Assembly: GCA_013239625.1 (NCBI GenBank)
Contig: MU053934.1
Coordinates: 2,684,399 to 2,748,398, forward strand
Source: Lama guanicoe
Lineage: Eukaryota
Direction: 5' to 3'
Length of the DNA stretch: 64,000 bases
The notes beneath the pieces were generated by a model, which did not search any database, had not been told where the DNA came from, and saw only the letters and a program-made list of their open reading frames with translations. Position numbers and translations under genes: made by a program. Of this stretch, positions 12,757 through 26,100 are shown in pieces (within the stretch, counting starts at the first letter, position 1; every line of letters begins with the position of its first letter).

Positions 12757-14660
12757 TGCATCAGTCAGTTTTGCTGCATTGTAAATCGTTCTGAATTCAA
12801 TGGTGGGGAGCAGTGTCAGGCAATAGTGGTCATTTATTATTCTTATTATTGCTCATGGCTCATGGTTCTGGGGGTGACTGGGCTCCGCTTTGTAGTTCCC
12901 ACCCTGGGTCTCAGTGGGTCATGCTCAGATAGTAGCTGAGGTTGAGGCCAGAGTCTTTCTGAAGGCCTCGTCTCTTCTATGTCTGGTGGCTGGACCCCAT
13001 CTGGCAGTTTGGCCACTCTTTGCCTCTCCAGGTGTCTTGAGCTTCCTCACAGCATGGTGACTGGGTTCTAAGCAGCTGTTTTGTCTTTAATGATCTATCT
13101 TCAGAAGTCATGAGTTGTTGCTCATGTCGGACTTCCTTGGCAATAGTTTATAGCCTAAGACTGTCACAAAACTCCATCTGGGTTTAAGGGGAGCAGACAT
13201 AGACCCCACCTCTTGGTAGGGGAGTCAAGAGGTCACCTGTAAGAAGATTATGTGGGAACATCCTTGGAAAAGACTTCTTCCATAGTGTGCCCTCTGGCCA
13301 GAATAATTCACAACAGCTCACATCCCCTTGTTATGTTGAGTTGTGTCTCCCCGCCTGACAAATTCATATGTTGAAGTCCTAACACCAATACATCAGAACA
13401 TGATTGTATTTGGAGATGGGGGTCTATAAAGAGAAGATTATGTTAAAATGAGGTCTTCAGGGTGGGCCCTAATCCAAAATGACTTGACTGGTGTCCTTAT
13501 AAGAGCAGGAAATTTGGACACAAATACACACAGAGAGAAGACATACATCTACAAGCCCAGGAGAGAGGCCAGGAACAGCATCTCCTCTCGTGGCCCTCAG
13601 AAGGTCTTGATCTTGGACTTCTAGCCTCCAGAACTGTCAGGATGTAACTTTCTGCTGTTTAAGCCCTTCAGTCAGTGATTTTGTTATAGCAGCCCTAGTA
13701 AACTAATACACACCTCCACACATAGAAGATCCTCATTCTTCTCTCCCAAGACCTTGTCATCTAAGCCAGGTGCAGGCGGGAACACGTCTCCTTAGGCAGA
13801 GATCCCTGGGTAAAGCTCCTTGAGCACCACTCCTCTCAATAGGAAGATCTGTGAGCTAAAGAAACAAGTTCTCTGCCTTCTCCTCCATACCCACAACAGT
13901 GGTGGCACAGGCATATGACAACCCCACTAAAAGGGGGGATGCAGGAAGCACACAGCAGTCACTGGTCCATAGCAATTCTGAAATCCATCTGGGCACATGC
14001 TGCCAATTTCTTGACTAGTACTCGTCCTCCTACCTGAGAAAGATTCTTGTGGCTCTTGACTCTGCCCTCTAGAGTCTTGGTTCTTTTCTCTGAGTCATCC
14101 TTGTATTTCCATAAGAAATGATTCATGTCTGCAGCTGAGTAATTTTCTTAGCCTGTCTTCTGCCCATAGAGATTTGTGGGTCCAAAGGGCTCTCTTTTCA
14201 TTTGGTGCTCTCTCTGTCCTATTCATTCATAGCCCAAACAATTCCTTTAAAAATCTTTTGGGTTTCTCATGAATCAGTTTGTAATTCATTCCATTTAACA
14301 AAAGGCACGCCCACAAATCTCTTTTTTGGTTTGGGCTCCTGGCAAGGGCTACCCTTAAGATTCTTTAAAGCTCAAATATTTAAAAGAAATGATCTACAGG
14401 ATATGCTGTCAAGATCCTCAGAAGGCCTTTGTTTGAGAGGGACTATGAGGCACTTAAATTCTTTCTGAGGTCTTAACAAAAGCCTTTATAGTCACACCTT
14501 GGATTCATCTTTACACCATTTTCTTGATAGTGTTCCTGGCTTTGACCTTTGCCTGGAAGTCATTTCTTCTTTTGAGAACTGTTTGTCACGTGGGTGGACT
14601 GGGAATGAGAAAAGTTTTCAAACTCAGCAAGTCCTGGCTCCTTCATACTGACTAGTCTGT
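12757..14660 (-). mobile_element. MaLR remnant: MLT1-type LTR (~12757-13284) plus MLT1-internal sequence
   Basis: LTR motifs gcttcctcacagcatggtgactggg and agaccccacctcttg; internal-like motifs cagcagtcactggtccatagcaattctgaaatcc and tctgcagctgagta. Confidence 0.65.
13329..13710 (+). mobile_element. MLT1A/B-type solo LTR nested in the older MaLR
   Basis: TG...CA termini (tgttatg...aactaataca); gggtgggccctaatcc, ttggacttctagcctccagaactgt; flanks cccct/cacct. Confidence 0.85.
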
Positions 14661-15344
14661 TCTTTGGCTTCTCTTATTGACAGAGGCAGGATTTGCATCC
14701 AGTACTCTCTGTTCTAGAAGTCTGCGCCCTTGCTGAGAAACCTATTGCTTCTCTGCACGCTGGGGCACGCAGAGACTTCATTAAGTCCTGAAGGAAGGCT
14801 GGGGTCAAAGTAGGTGGGAGAAGGGAGGGCATGTGAGGCAGGGGTACCACATGGATGAAATGGGGGAAACACACAGTGCGGTAGGGAACAGCAAGTCTCC
14901 AAGGTCATGGTTCCTCTCTATCCCTTAGCCTTACCTCCAAACGTCCAGTTCCTCCTTTCCAGTCCCTTGGGACCACTTTTTATGTCCCTTTGGCAGCAAA
15001 AGCCCTACTATATCCTCCACACTCCACCCAACTCTTCAATAGGTTGACTCACAGGGGTCTCATCTTCCCTAAGAATGCCCTTCCTTACCTCACCCTCCTT
15101 GACAGTGCCTTACTCATCTGTAAAGGCCAGGAATACCATCTCTTCTGTGAGGGTTTTTTATTTATTAGCATTTGCTAACTGTTATAAAAACACCCCAACA
15201 CCACAATGGTTAATACATAAGAGTATTTTTCATTCGGAGCACAGTTGAGTCAAAGTTGGCTGGGGTGAGGTAGGTGACCTCTGCTTTATACAGTCATATG
15301 GGAACTTGAGATCCTCTGTCCAGTGGCTCTACCATCCTCTAGGA

Positions 15345-15525
15345 CTTGTTTTTGTAAATAAAGTTTTATTGAGACACAACCAAGTCCATTAGTTCCACAT
15401 CTTCTAAGCTGCTTTGGCACCTGAACATCAGCATTGAGTAGCTGACTGCCACAGAGACCCAATGTCCCACAAAACTTAAAATGTTTGCCCTTTGGCCTTC
15501 ACAGAAAGCATTTGGTAACCCTTGC
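15345..15525. mobile_element. MER58-like hAT-Charlie fragment inside an MLT1-type LTR (~15160-15720)
   Basis: gtttttgtaaataaagttttattgagacaca...cagagacc...tttggccttcacagaaa. Confidence 0.7.
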
Positions 15526-16560
15526 TCTTGGGCTCTGTAGGCCTATGAAGAGAGTGTGGAAGATCTGGGGGTAGGTTTCTACCAGCCAGGCCTCTAAATG
15601 CTGCACCTCACTTCCTCCCACATTCCACTAGTGAGAGCTTGTCACATGATCCTACCAAGCTACAGGGATGCTGGGAATTGTAGTTCTGTCTCAGACGGCA
15701 GTGAAGCAGGGTCTCCTTGGCACACAGCCTTGTCTCTCCATACCTTTTCTCCATGGCTTTGCTCCCTGCACAAATACCTCCCATGGTATGGGAAGCACCC
15801 TGAGGGCCAGGACAACGCCTGTCTTATATAACACTGCCTGCCCCACGCTCAGCACAGAATAGGTATTCTGGAGACAGCTACTGAAGAAAAGAGTGAATCT
15901 GTCTTTTGTGCACGTTCCTGGAGCACTTTGTAATTACCTCTGTTCTGGCACTGACATCCCTGCGTTTTCCTCATCTGTGCCTGTTTCTCCACTCATAGTC
16001 AAATTCCTCTTTCTACTCCACCAACTTCTTTTCTGGCATCTCCTGTGCAGGAACACCATGCTGGGCCCTGGGCATGTCTTGGTGAACAAAACAGACCCAT
16101 CCTGTGTCCTCAGGGAGTTTGCAGTCCAGCGGGAGAGACCAGTGATGAGCAGAGAATCACAATCTTGCAACTAAATTTAAAGTGACAACAGTGATTAAGT
16201 GCCTTGAAAGGAAAGGGCAGAGTAGATGCTCTGAGCACATTTAAGGGAGAAACCTGACAGGTCATCCAGTGATCAGGGAGGGCTTCCCTGAGGAGGTGGC
16301 ATTTGGGATATGGCCTGAGCAAGGCAGATGTTAACCAGGTAGAGGGAGGGTGAGCAGAGAAGAGTGTGCTAGGCAGAGAGAACAGCCTGGGTAAAGGCCC
16401 TGAGGTCAGAGAGAGCTTTATATCAGTCATGACAACAACAATAATGACATTATTATTATTATTATAGCTCAGACTGGGTACTTACCGTGTGCCAGACACC
16501 ATACTAAGCACTTTACATGTATTACGTCAGTTAGTTCTCTATGAGAATGATATTCACAAT

Positions 16561-16961
16561 TGCGGAAGCCATTAGTGCCTTGCCCATGTTGCTTCTCCCA
16601 ATCCCAGTTGCCTTGAGGACAGTTCTCATACTTGCCAGCAGCTTCTGTTGGCTGGAAATGCTGGGGAGTCCACACTTCCCAGGACTGGCCTCCCCAGTGA
16701 CTGATGGGAATTGGAGGATAAATATCCCAGCTTCTCCTCCCTTAGTGGGCAATTCCAGGCAGCCAGACACTGCCTCTCAGAGGCCGCCGGGCAATATGGA
16801 AGCCCCGTGCTGCAGGGAAAACCCCATTAATGCCCACCTCCTTGGCTTTGCCCCCCCTCCGTCTGTCGCACACTATGCTTCTGGGGTCACCTCCAAAATA
16901 ATCACTTGCTCCTGAACCCTAGTCTCTGGGCCTATTTTGGGGAGTAACTAAAACTAAGACA
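16561..16961 (+). mobile_element. LTR16-type ERVL solo LTR inserted in a MIR
   Basis: ggaggataaatatcccagct, ctggggtcacctccaaaataa, terminal aaactaagaca; MIR halves on both sides. Confidence 0.7.
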
Positions 16962-19900
16962 GTATTAAATATCCCATTTAATAGATGAGGAAACTGAGAC
17001 ACGGAAGAGTTAAGTAAACACAGAATCAAAAGATGCTCTTTGAAACCAAAACACAACTCTGTGTGTGTGTGTGTGTCTGAGATGGGACAAGATGGGACAA
17101 GGTGAGATGGATGTGCAGGCCAGGACAAGGTTTTGGGTCATTAACTTAGGGACAAGCCTTAGAAGGGCTTTATGCAGATGGGGTGACATGTTCAGATTGA
17201 TATTGGGACAGCGTCACCGTGGTGACCGAGGCAAACCAGGATTACAGGGCTGCAAGGGGATGGGTGGGGGCTTTGGCAGTCAGCTGGGGGCACTGAGCTC
17301 GCTCATTGGTCTCTGGAGCCCTGGAGGACACCAAGAAGGCCAGGGAGTATCCAGGCATCACAGGGGCTCTGTTCCCTGCATCCAGCCTGCAGCGTTCATC
17401 CCACAAGAGGAAACACACACTGGATACCGCAGCTCCTCCCTTCCACACACCCCTTTCCCCTCCTCTGAGGTCACAGTGTCCTTCCTTGCCCCCCACCCCG
17501 GGGACCTCTGTCAGGGAGGGTCTGTGTCTGGAGCCTGGCACTCCCTACAGCCCAGCCAGGGCTGGCAGCTGCAGTGGGAAGGCCAGCCGGCCCTCCTGAC
17601 CGGGGCAGGCCCTGGAGGCCAGCACGTGGCCAGCCTGGTGCCGGCTGCTTCTGCCCCAGTGCCCGGTGTGGCCCGCGCCTGCCTGAGCAGATGGTCTCGG
17701 GAGTGAGCGCGATCTGAAAGGGGTCAGGAGGGTCTGCCGGTCCCATATTCTCCTTCTCTGACTCCTCTGGGCTCTGTTGCCCTTGCTGCTATCCTGGAGA
17801 AGCTGACAAGCTTGGCTGGCTGGGGGCGCTGAGCAGCATGGCGAGGTGTGATGTGATATGACCCAGACGTCCAGCAGCACTGGGTGTGCGGGACATGGAT
17901 CCCGGGGGCTCTGGCGCAGTGGATGCAAGACTGGAGGGTGAGAGGGTGGCGGGAGAGTGTGGGGGGAGGGGTGTGGGCCACGCTACAGATGCCTCAGGGA
18001 GTACCTGACAGCACAGTGAGGCCCTCACTAGGTGGCTTGTGGTAGAAGTAGGACCTCCCTTGGGAGGAGGCCAAGGGAACTCACCTTTCCTGAGGCCCTA
18101 CTGTGAGCTGAGTCCTTAGTAAATGTAACCTTGGGCTCTTACCTGCCCTTCCCCATCACTTCATAACCCCGACCTCCACCCTTCTGGGGGGGGGGCTTTC
18201 ACCAACTCTCCAAGTTCACGGTGTTTATTATGTGGGTTTTCCTTGCTTGTCCTCCAGGACAGTGCCTTCCTGGCAGGCCTGTCCTTGAGCATTCTTAGCC
18301 ACGGTGTCCTTGCTGGGTACCTGCTTGCCCACCAGGGCTCCTTAGTGGCCAAAAGAGCATGGGCTCTACGTGGGTTCTGTTTTCTGACTGAACTCGAGCC
18401 ATTGGCTTTATCTCTCTGACCCCCAGCTTCCTCAACTGTAAAAGCGAGCAAAACCACGCCCACCAGGAAAAGCAGTTGTGAGGATGAAGGGATGAAGGAT
18501 ATGAGATGCCAGGCACAGAGGAGGCACCAGCTAGGGGATTGTCTGCCTTCCCTCCTTGCTGTCTGCATGGCTAGGACAAGTCATTTCACCTCCCTGGGGC
18601 TTGACTTCCTCGGCCCTCAAATGAGCATGCCCTGCCGTGTCACAGGGGGTAAAGGGAGGGGAGGGAAGGCAGCACGGTGTGTGAGCTGCAATGGCAGTGC
18701 CCTGGGACATCTCATGCCTGTATCTTTCCATCTACGTGATGGGAGCTTCGGGCAGATGAAGGCGCCTCCCCACCCCACCCAGCTACAGTCCTGGGGTCTT
18801 AGAGCCTCCACCGCCCCACGTGGCTCTCGCTCTCTTTGTCTCTCGCCTCCACTGGCCAGGGCGGCTGCCCTCAGGCCTTTACTCTGATTTTGCAGCCCGT
18901 GGATGGGTCTGGCGCTGGGTAAGTCCTGTGTGAAGTCCCAGGACTGCTCATGCCACACTGCGAGAGAGCGGCTGACCCACCTTAGCTCAAGGCCCACATC
19001 TGGGCATCTGTTCTTCCATATCTGGCGCCAGCTATTCTCCTGGGGTGGGAGGTGCATCACATGGAAACTCTGGGAAAGTGAGGGCAGAGAAGGAGGCTCT
19101 GCTGAGATCTGCTAAGGGAATGGGACTGCTGCTCCTCTCTGCCTCAGGACCTTTGAACATGCTGCTCCCTCTGGCCAATATATAATTTCCCTGTTTCACA
19201 CACAACGCCCACCCCCTCATATCCATCCCTTCATATTTCAACAGAGAGGTTTTGCTGGACAACCTTCTCCCCAATCTAAAATAGGCCTCTTTTGTAGCCT
19301 TGTTCAGAGGGAGGGGGGTCTTCCAACTCCTGTTCAGCCGTGAAGACCCTGCGCCTACCACAAGGCCTGGTTTGTGGCTGGTGCTCAGAAGGCCAAGGCT
19401 GACTGAGGTGCCTCAGCTCTGTGCCCAGAATGGTTGGTTAAACCCTTCTCGCCTGCCTGCTGTGCATGGAGAACCAAAGAAGTCAGAACCACGGGGACTC
19501 AGGGGTTTTCAGTTCAATCTTGTCATTACAGAGGCCTGGAGGCAAAGGCCCTCCCAGTGAGGGGAAGAAGTGGATTTTAACCCAGGTTTCCTGGTCCCCC
19601 ATCCAGTCTTTCTCCAGGCTTCTCTGAGCCACGGCAGGCCACATCCCAGGGGTCACTCACAGGGGACGCAGGCCTCCCAGCCCCAGAACGCCTCTGGATG
19701 AAGGGTGGGGAGCAGCAGACTCCACTTGCCGGGATCACGCAGGATGGGGGCAACACAGCAACAATGATCATAAAGCCTGAACAGTGACCATTCCAGCACC
19801 GGCTGAGTGTTCTCTAAGTACCGCCATAGAGTGAGTCCTTAGCAACCGTCCAAGGAAGGTGATATTACCGCGCCCGTGGCAATGAGATGACTTGCCCAAG

Positions 19901-20592
19901 GTGACTCTAAGAGGGAGTGGCTGAGTGGAGCCCTGATCTGAACCCAGAACTGTTTGACTCCAGAAGCTAGAACGCCGTGTGCTGGTGCACAGCTCCACGC
20001 TCTGCTTCTCGGAGTTACCACCTTCTGCTTGTTAGAACAGGAAGGTGTGGAAGGAAGGCTGTTCAGAAGGACCCAAGCTTCCTCAAGATGCGTCCTGAGA
20101 TTCACAGATCCCCGAAAGTAGCTGTGGGCGTTCCTGGAAAGCTGCATTCAGAACCAAGGTCACAGGCCCGTTGTGTCCTCAGCCGTGAAACTGGAACGTT
20201 GCCCGGGCCTCCTGGGTTGTTGTGTGAAGGTTGAGTGAGAGGAAACAGGCTGGAAGGGGCCCTGGGGGATCCTAGTATGAAGAGGGGCTGTCTCCCTGCC
20301 ATGCCCTGAGCCCCAGCAACCCTACGAAAGGGAGCTGCTATTGGAATCTGCAGTGAGGCACTTGGTGGGGGATAAAAGACTCCTAGATGCCATGAAGGCA
20401 GCCCAAGGTCATGGAAAGAGGCCTGAGTCGGAGGGAACACAGGTTCAAGTCCTGCTTCTGCTGGCCAGGTGAGTCATGTCACGTTTCGGGGTTCTTCTGC
20501 AAAGTTGGGTGCAAAACATCCGCTTCGAAGAGTAGGCACACAAAATAAAACTGAGATACGTGTGAATTGCCAGTATAGTGTTCACAAAGCTG

Positions 20593-21212
20593 TTTTTTTT
20601 TTAATTGAAGTATAGCTGATTTATAATGTTGTTAGTTTCTGGTGTACAGCATAGTGATTCAGTTAAACATATACATACATTCCTTTCCATGGTCTTTTTA
20701 TTATAGGTTATTACAAGTTATTGAATATAGTTCCCTGTGCTGTATGGTAAGACCTTGTTGTTTACCTATTTTATATATAGTAGCTTGTATCTGCTAATCC
20801 CAAACTCCCAATTTATCCCTCCCCACTCCCTTTCCCCTTTGGTAACTGTAAGTTTGTTTTCTATGTCTGTGAGTCTCTTTCCATATGATCCAGCCATCCC
20901 ATTCCTGGGCACGTATCTGGAGAAAACTCCCATTCGAAAAGATACATACACCCTAATGTTCATAGCAGCACTATTTACAATGGCCAAGACACGGCAGCAA
21001 CCTAGATGTCCATCAACAGATGACTGGATAAAGAAGTTGTGGTATATACAATGGAATACTACTCAGCATAAAAAAGAATGAAATAATGTCATTTGCAGAA
21101 CATGGGTGGACTTAGAGATTATCATATTAAGTGAAGTAAGTCAGACAAGGGAAAGACAAATGTCATATGGTATCACTTACATGTGGAATCTTAAAACAAT
21201 GACACAAATGAA
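20593..21212 (-). mobile_element. L1 with 5' inversion (twin priming)
   Basis: Minus-strand 3' end 20593-20880 joined to a plus-strand upstream segment 20881-21212 (PYDPAIPFLG...MFIAALFT, ORF2 C-terminus). Confidence 0.85.
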
Positions 21213-22289
21213 GCCATTTCTTGATCATTGCTTGAAAACATCCTTTCATACCAGCAAGAATCCACCATGACCTGGATCTTGCGTGCTCTTAATTTAAATA
21301 CCATCTTATGAATGATACAGCGCCCAGGGGAGTTCTGGACCCTGAACTCAGTGCAGTTCTTCTATTAGGATGCTCAGTGCTTACACTGGAATGGCTTCGT
21401 CAGTTGAAGCTTGGCTAACTCGGACCCTTGGAGGAGTCCTTCCCTGAGTGCTTGTACTCAACATGTGAAGAGTGTGGTGCAAACAGGAGGGGGAGAGTTG
21501 AAGGCAAGCAAAGCATCGTGACCTCCACCTACAGGGCGAACCTCCCATGTCACCCAGGATGCAAGGGCCAGAGCCAGCCCAGTCTCCATACTTGTGTGTG
21601 GAGCCAGGCCTCAAATGTATCTTAATTTTAGTTCTTCTCAACCCTGAAATAAACTAGGTTTTAAGCTACAGCAAAAAAGAAGAAAGAAAAGCAAGGTGGG
21701 TGCCTACCACCTGCCACACGGGGATCTCTTCCTTGCCCTCCTCCCCCTGCCCTTAGCAAGGGTGAGAACAGAAAGTCCTCCGGCTTTTGGGGATGGAGAT
21801 CCTCAGCCCAAGTCAAATTCTATAACCTTCAGAACAGGGTCCCTGGACCATGAGCATAGCGGATGGAGAAGTTCTTCCTTGGGATTTTAAGAAAATAGAC
21901 AAGCTTCAAGCACAGCTGGGCTGCAATTTTTCTTTTTTCTTTTTTTTCTTTCTTTTGCTTTCAGCCACAGCAGCCTGCTCCTGGTTTCTCTGGAAAGGCA
22001 GCTCCTAATTAGAATGGATCGAAGAGCCTTTGCTCCAGCTTTGTTCTCCGTCTCGATTGAATCATTGCTTTAGGACTTAATCTGGTGCAGTCACTGGTGG
22101 GCTGGGACCCTCTGCTCTCTGAGCGGCTCTCAGGCTCGGGCGGGCTGCTTCCCAGGGGCCACCAAGAGCTCCTCGGAGCCCTCTGCATCCTCTCACTCCA
22201 GGCCTCTCTTCCTGTCCGCCTCTTTTCTCCCCACCTGCTTTTTCTCCCTTTAATTTCCTTTCATTAACAACCCAAGGCCATTCAGGGTG

Positions 22290-23190
22290 CCAGCCCCTGC
22301 TGGTGGGAGTGTAAATTGGTACAATTTCTCTGGAGGGCAATTTGTCAAATGCTATTAAAAGCCTTAAAAAAAAAAAAAGTGCACAGGCTTTGACCTGGAA
22401 AGTCCCCTTCTAGGAATTTGTCCTGTAGAAATAATTGGACAGGGGTCCACTAATATGTGCAAAAAGATGTTGTCCCCAGTGCTTTGCATGAGTGACAACT
22501 TGGAAGCCTGGTGTCCTTCCACAGGGGGTCGTTAAAAATGATCATGTGAGAAACCAAGTGGAAAGAACATTTTGGGGGTAATTGGAGAAATTTGAATCCT
22601 GACTGGGCATTCAGTGCTCGGGAGGAATTCCTGTTAATTTTGTCAGGTGTGATAATGACCTTCAGATTGGTTTAGAGACACATGGCAGGAGGGTTGGCAT
22701 TTGTTTTCAACTGTCATAACAATAATAATAACAGAAGGCGGGTAAGGATGAAGGGAGGCAAAATCTTATAAATTCTGAATCTGGCTGATGAGTAAATGAG
22801 GGTCCGTGATGCTGTTCCCTTTATTTTGGGGATATGTTTAAATTTTTCATGATTTAAAAAGAAATAAAATGATCATGTGACATTGTATTTTTTGACCTGA
22901 AATGTCCACAATTGTGAAATGAAAAGAGAACCACTTCAAAGAGCATATATGACATTATTACATTTTTGGCTTAAAAATACGTATGTATTTTTATAGGCAA
23001 AGAAAGGTTGGAAGTACACACACCAGAATGTTAAATGGTGGCTATTTCTGGATGGTAGGAGTTGAATAATTTCCATTTTCTTCTTTATATGTTTTAGTAG
23101 TTTCTGACATTTTTGGGGGGAGCAATAACCATACATTACTTTTATGCCCATAAGAAAGCCAGTAAAGAAAAATCTGAAATCACCTACTAC
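22290..23190 (+). mobile_element. Old L1ME-type fragment interrupted by a second L1M 3' end (22550-22865)
   Basis: gctggtgggagtgtaaattggtacaa and tacacaccagaatgttaa motifs; the insert is flanked by a 15-bp direct repeat. Confidence 0.65.
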
Positions 23191-26100
23191 GCATTGAGGA
23201 CTTTTATATACCATGCCTTGTAAAAGGAGGTTTTACATACCTTCATCGACACACAAAAAATGGTCAAGTTGAGGTGGTTATTCTCATTGGATAACAGGGA
23301 AGCTGGTCATCAGAGAGGGTGAGTGCTTGCTTACAGACCCACAGCTGCAATTTTAATTCCTTTCCTCTGACGGAAAGCCAGTGCTCTTCCAACTAAACCC
23401 CAGCTGTTTCTAGAGGGCCTAGAAGGAATACCCGAGGGCGTGGTGGTTCCTGCCCGCTAGGAACCAACACTGCCTTTGGTCTCCCAGTCTCTTGCCCCCA
23501 AGCCCCATTTCGGACTCACCTCCTTTGCCCATAGAACCAGTTACATAATGGCTTTGGCAAAAATGCACTTTTCCCTCTCACATCACAGGTGAAACTCAAA
23601 CATTGCCCGTTCAATACTTTCTCCTAACGAACCTTCCTGACCGTCTTGCCTTTTTATCATGAAAACAAGCTCTCCACTACTGTCGTCTTTGGATGTCTCA
23701 GCTCTGTTTGCTGGCAGAGCGGAAGAGTGAATGGGCATCGTGTACATAAATATCATAGAACCCACAGAGGGCTGGCAAGCCCGAGTTCTTATCCCAGCAC
23801 CATCACTAACAATTTTCGACCCAAAGAAGTCACTCTCTTTGTGTTTTCTCTGTCTCTCAAGTAAATAAAGGATAATGCGTTAAAAAAAAATCAGTCGGTG
23901 TTCTGAAAAAAAGGGAAGAGGAAAAGACAACTCTAAGTTGGGCTGAAAATACAATGTCTCCGAAGTTTTTGTTGATGCTGGAAATGGATCAAGCCTTGTC
24001 TCCATCTCTCTCCATCAGCTCTTAGCCGGATACTGTGATGTCTCTCACCTGGTCTGCTCACCTCCAGGCACTTCCTCTCAAGCTCTCTCCTCCAGTTCCC
24101 CCAGGCTGATCTTCCTAAAGCAGAATCCAGATGAGTCACCTCTGTTACAGCCCTTGAAGGTTCCCATTTCTTTCTGGAAAAAGTCCATCTTCTCTGGCCT
24201 AAGTACAAAAAGCTCCACACTCTTGCTTCGTCCTTCTCTCCAGCCTGTCACCTTCTGGGTACCCCTCACTCCTCATCCCCTACTTTACACAGTGTCCCAA
24301 GAGGGACCCTGCTTCATACCTCAGGGCCTTTGCATGTGTGATTCCCTTTGTCTGGGATGCTATTCCCTGGCTAGCATCCAGTGTTTCCCTGTAAGTTCCC
24401 TGGGAACCCTTCCTGCCCATGAGACGAGCTCCTTGAGGGCACAGCCTCCATCATCCCTGATATGCAGCAGGGCCCCTGCACCAAGATGGACACAGGAATG
24501 GGGCACGCAGGTGCAAAACCAAAAGTTTCCCTCTGCATCTCCAGGATGGGAAAAACGCCTCCAAGAGATTTGGGTTAGCATGATTCTCATCCCATCCCGG
24601 GTACCACTGAATCTGTGCTGCCTACATCCCAGCTTGGGACAGGAAATTTTTAGTTTTCAATATTCCACTTAAAAACACACATTTTAATGCCAGAGCACAT
24701 GTGTCTTAACTACCTGCTGAAGATAAAATACATGCCCCCTGAATCTCCTCACAGAAGACCATCTAATGCAGGCAACTTTCCCAGCCATGGAAAACTACAG
24801 GGCTGGTGCTCATGGCAGAAAAGAACCACTGGGCCCAGGGACACCCCCCTTCCCAGGGCTGCCTCCTATGCCGTCCAGATCTGAACGGGGAATGCTTCTG
24901 TGGGGGGACCCCAACAAAGGACTCGCAGGGACACTGCCGAGTACCACACAGGCATCGTGTGGGCACTGGGGAACTATGTGCTGGAACTGGGGTCTATGTT
25001 TCTAAGCAACCACCCCCAATCGTGATGGCGCGATGTGTTCCCACTCTTCCACTCACCTGGGCTTCTCTGCCCGCTTGGTGGGTGAACCCAAGCCAGGCCG
25101 GCAGACAGTAAAAGATACCGCAGAAGAGTCAGCTTCACAGAGCCAGGGAGAGAACAGAAAGAGGCCAGACTCCCGCCCTAGACCAGTCCTCGCAGAAGGA
25201 AGGAAACTGTGGAGGGCAGGGAACACAGCCTTCCTCCGTGAGTCCAAAGACAGCAAGAGAAGTGCTTGGCTTCCGTGCCATGGCAGTGCGGACCTGGAGT
25301 GGCAGCTTTTTGGGTTCCACTGGGATTTGGAAGTCAAGTGCTGGCTCATCTTTCTCTTCTATGGCTTGTAGGTGGTTCTAGCGCACGACTCAGTCCCATC
25401 CAACTCCAGATACCCCAGGAGTTCCAGGACTGGGTGCCGGGGCAAGGAAGTGGAAGGGGGGGTTCTCCGCTTCTGAGGGGGCTGATGAACCAACCACATC
25501 GAGAGGGTGCCAGATGCTCTGCCCTCTCTCAGACCTTGCTTAAATGTCCCCTGTTCAGGGGGTCTTCTCTGACCACCCTATTTCATATGGCCACCCCCTC
25601 CCTGGCACCCACTCTGTGCCCCCTGCTCTGTTACCATCTGTCAGACTGCAGGATTTCTCTTATCACCTCACTAAAATGTAAACTCCCTGAGGGAGGGGAC
25701 CTTTGTTTTACTCTCCAGCAAGTCCCCAGTTCCTAGAACAGGGACCGGCATGTAGTGGGTTTTCAGCCAAGGTTGTTGATTGAACAAATCTGCAGACACG
25801 GGCATGCATTTTGTAAGTGTTTGTTCATTGAGAATGTAGTCTTAAGGCAAGAGAAGTAATTAGTATCCACTTACTACGTTCCCCAAATAGTGAGGATGTA
25901 TCAGGATATAAAAGCTATGTTGTCTGCGTGCCACTGGCTTCCTGTTGCTTTTGTGATAAAATCCAAATTTCTTCCAGTATGGCCCCTACCCACTTCACCT
26001 CCTTCTGCTTTCCCCAGCACACACCAGACAACATCCCCACTGGCCCCAAGTTCCTTGATGCTCCAAGCCTGTTCACAGCTCAGGGCCTTTGCACTTGCTC

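Noticed and set aside
17065..17706. Longest ORF in the track (213 aa)
   Set aside because: Starts at GTG inside a TG microsatellite, is GC-rich and low in complexity, and has no recognisable domain or splice structure
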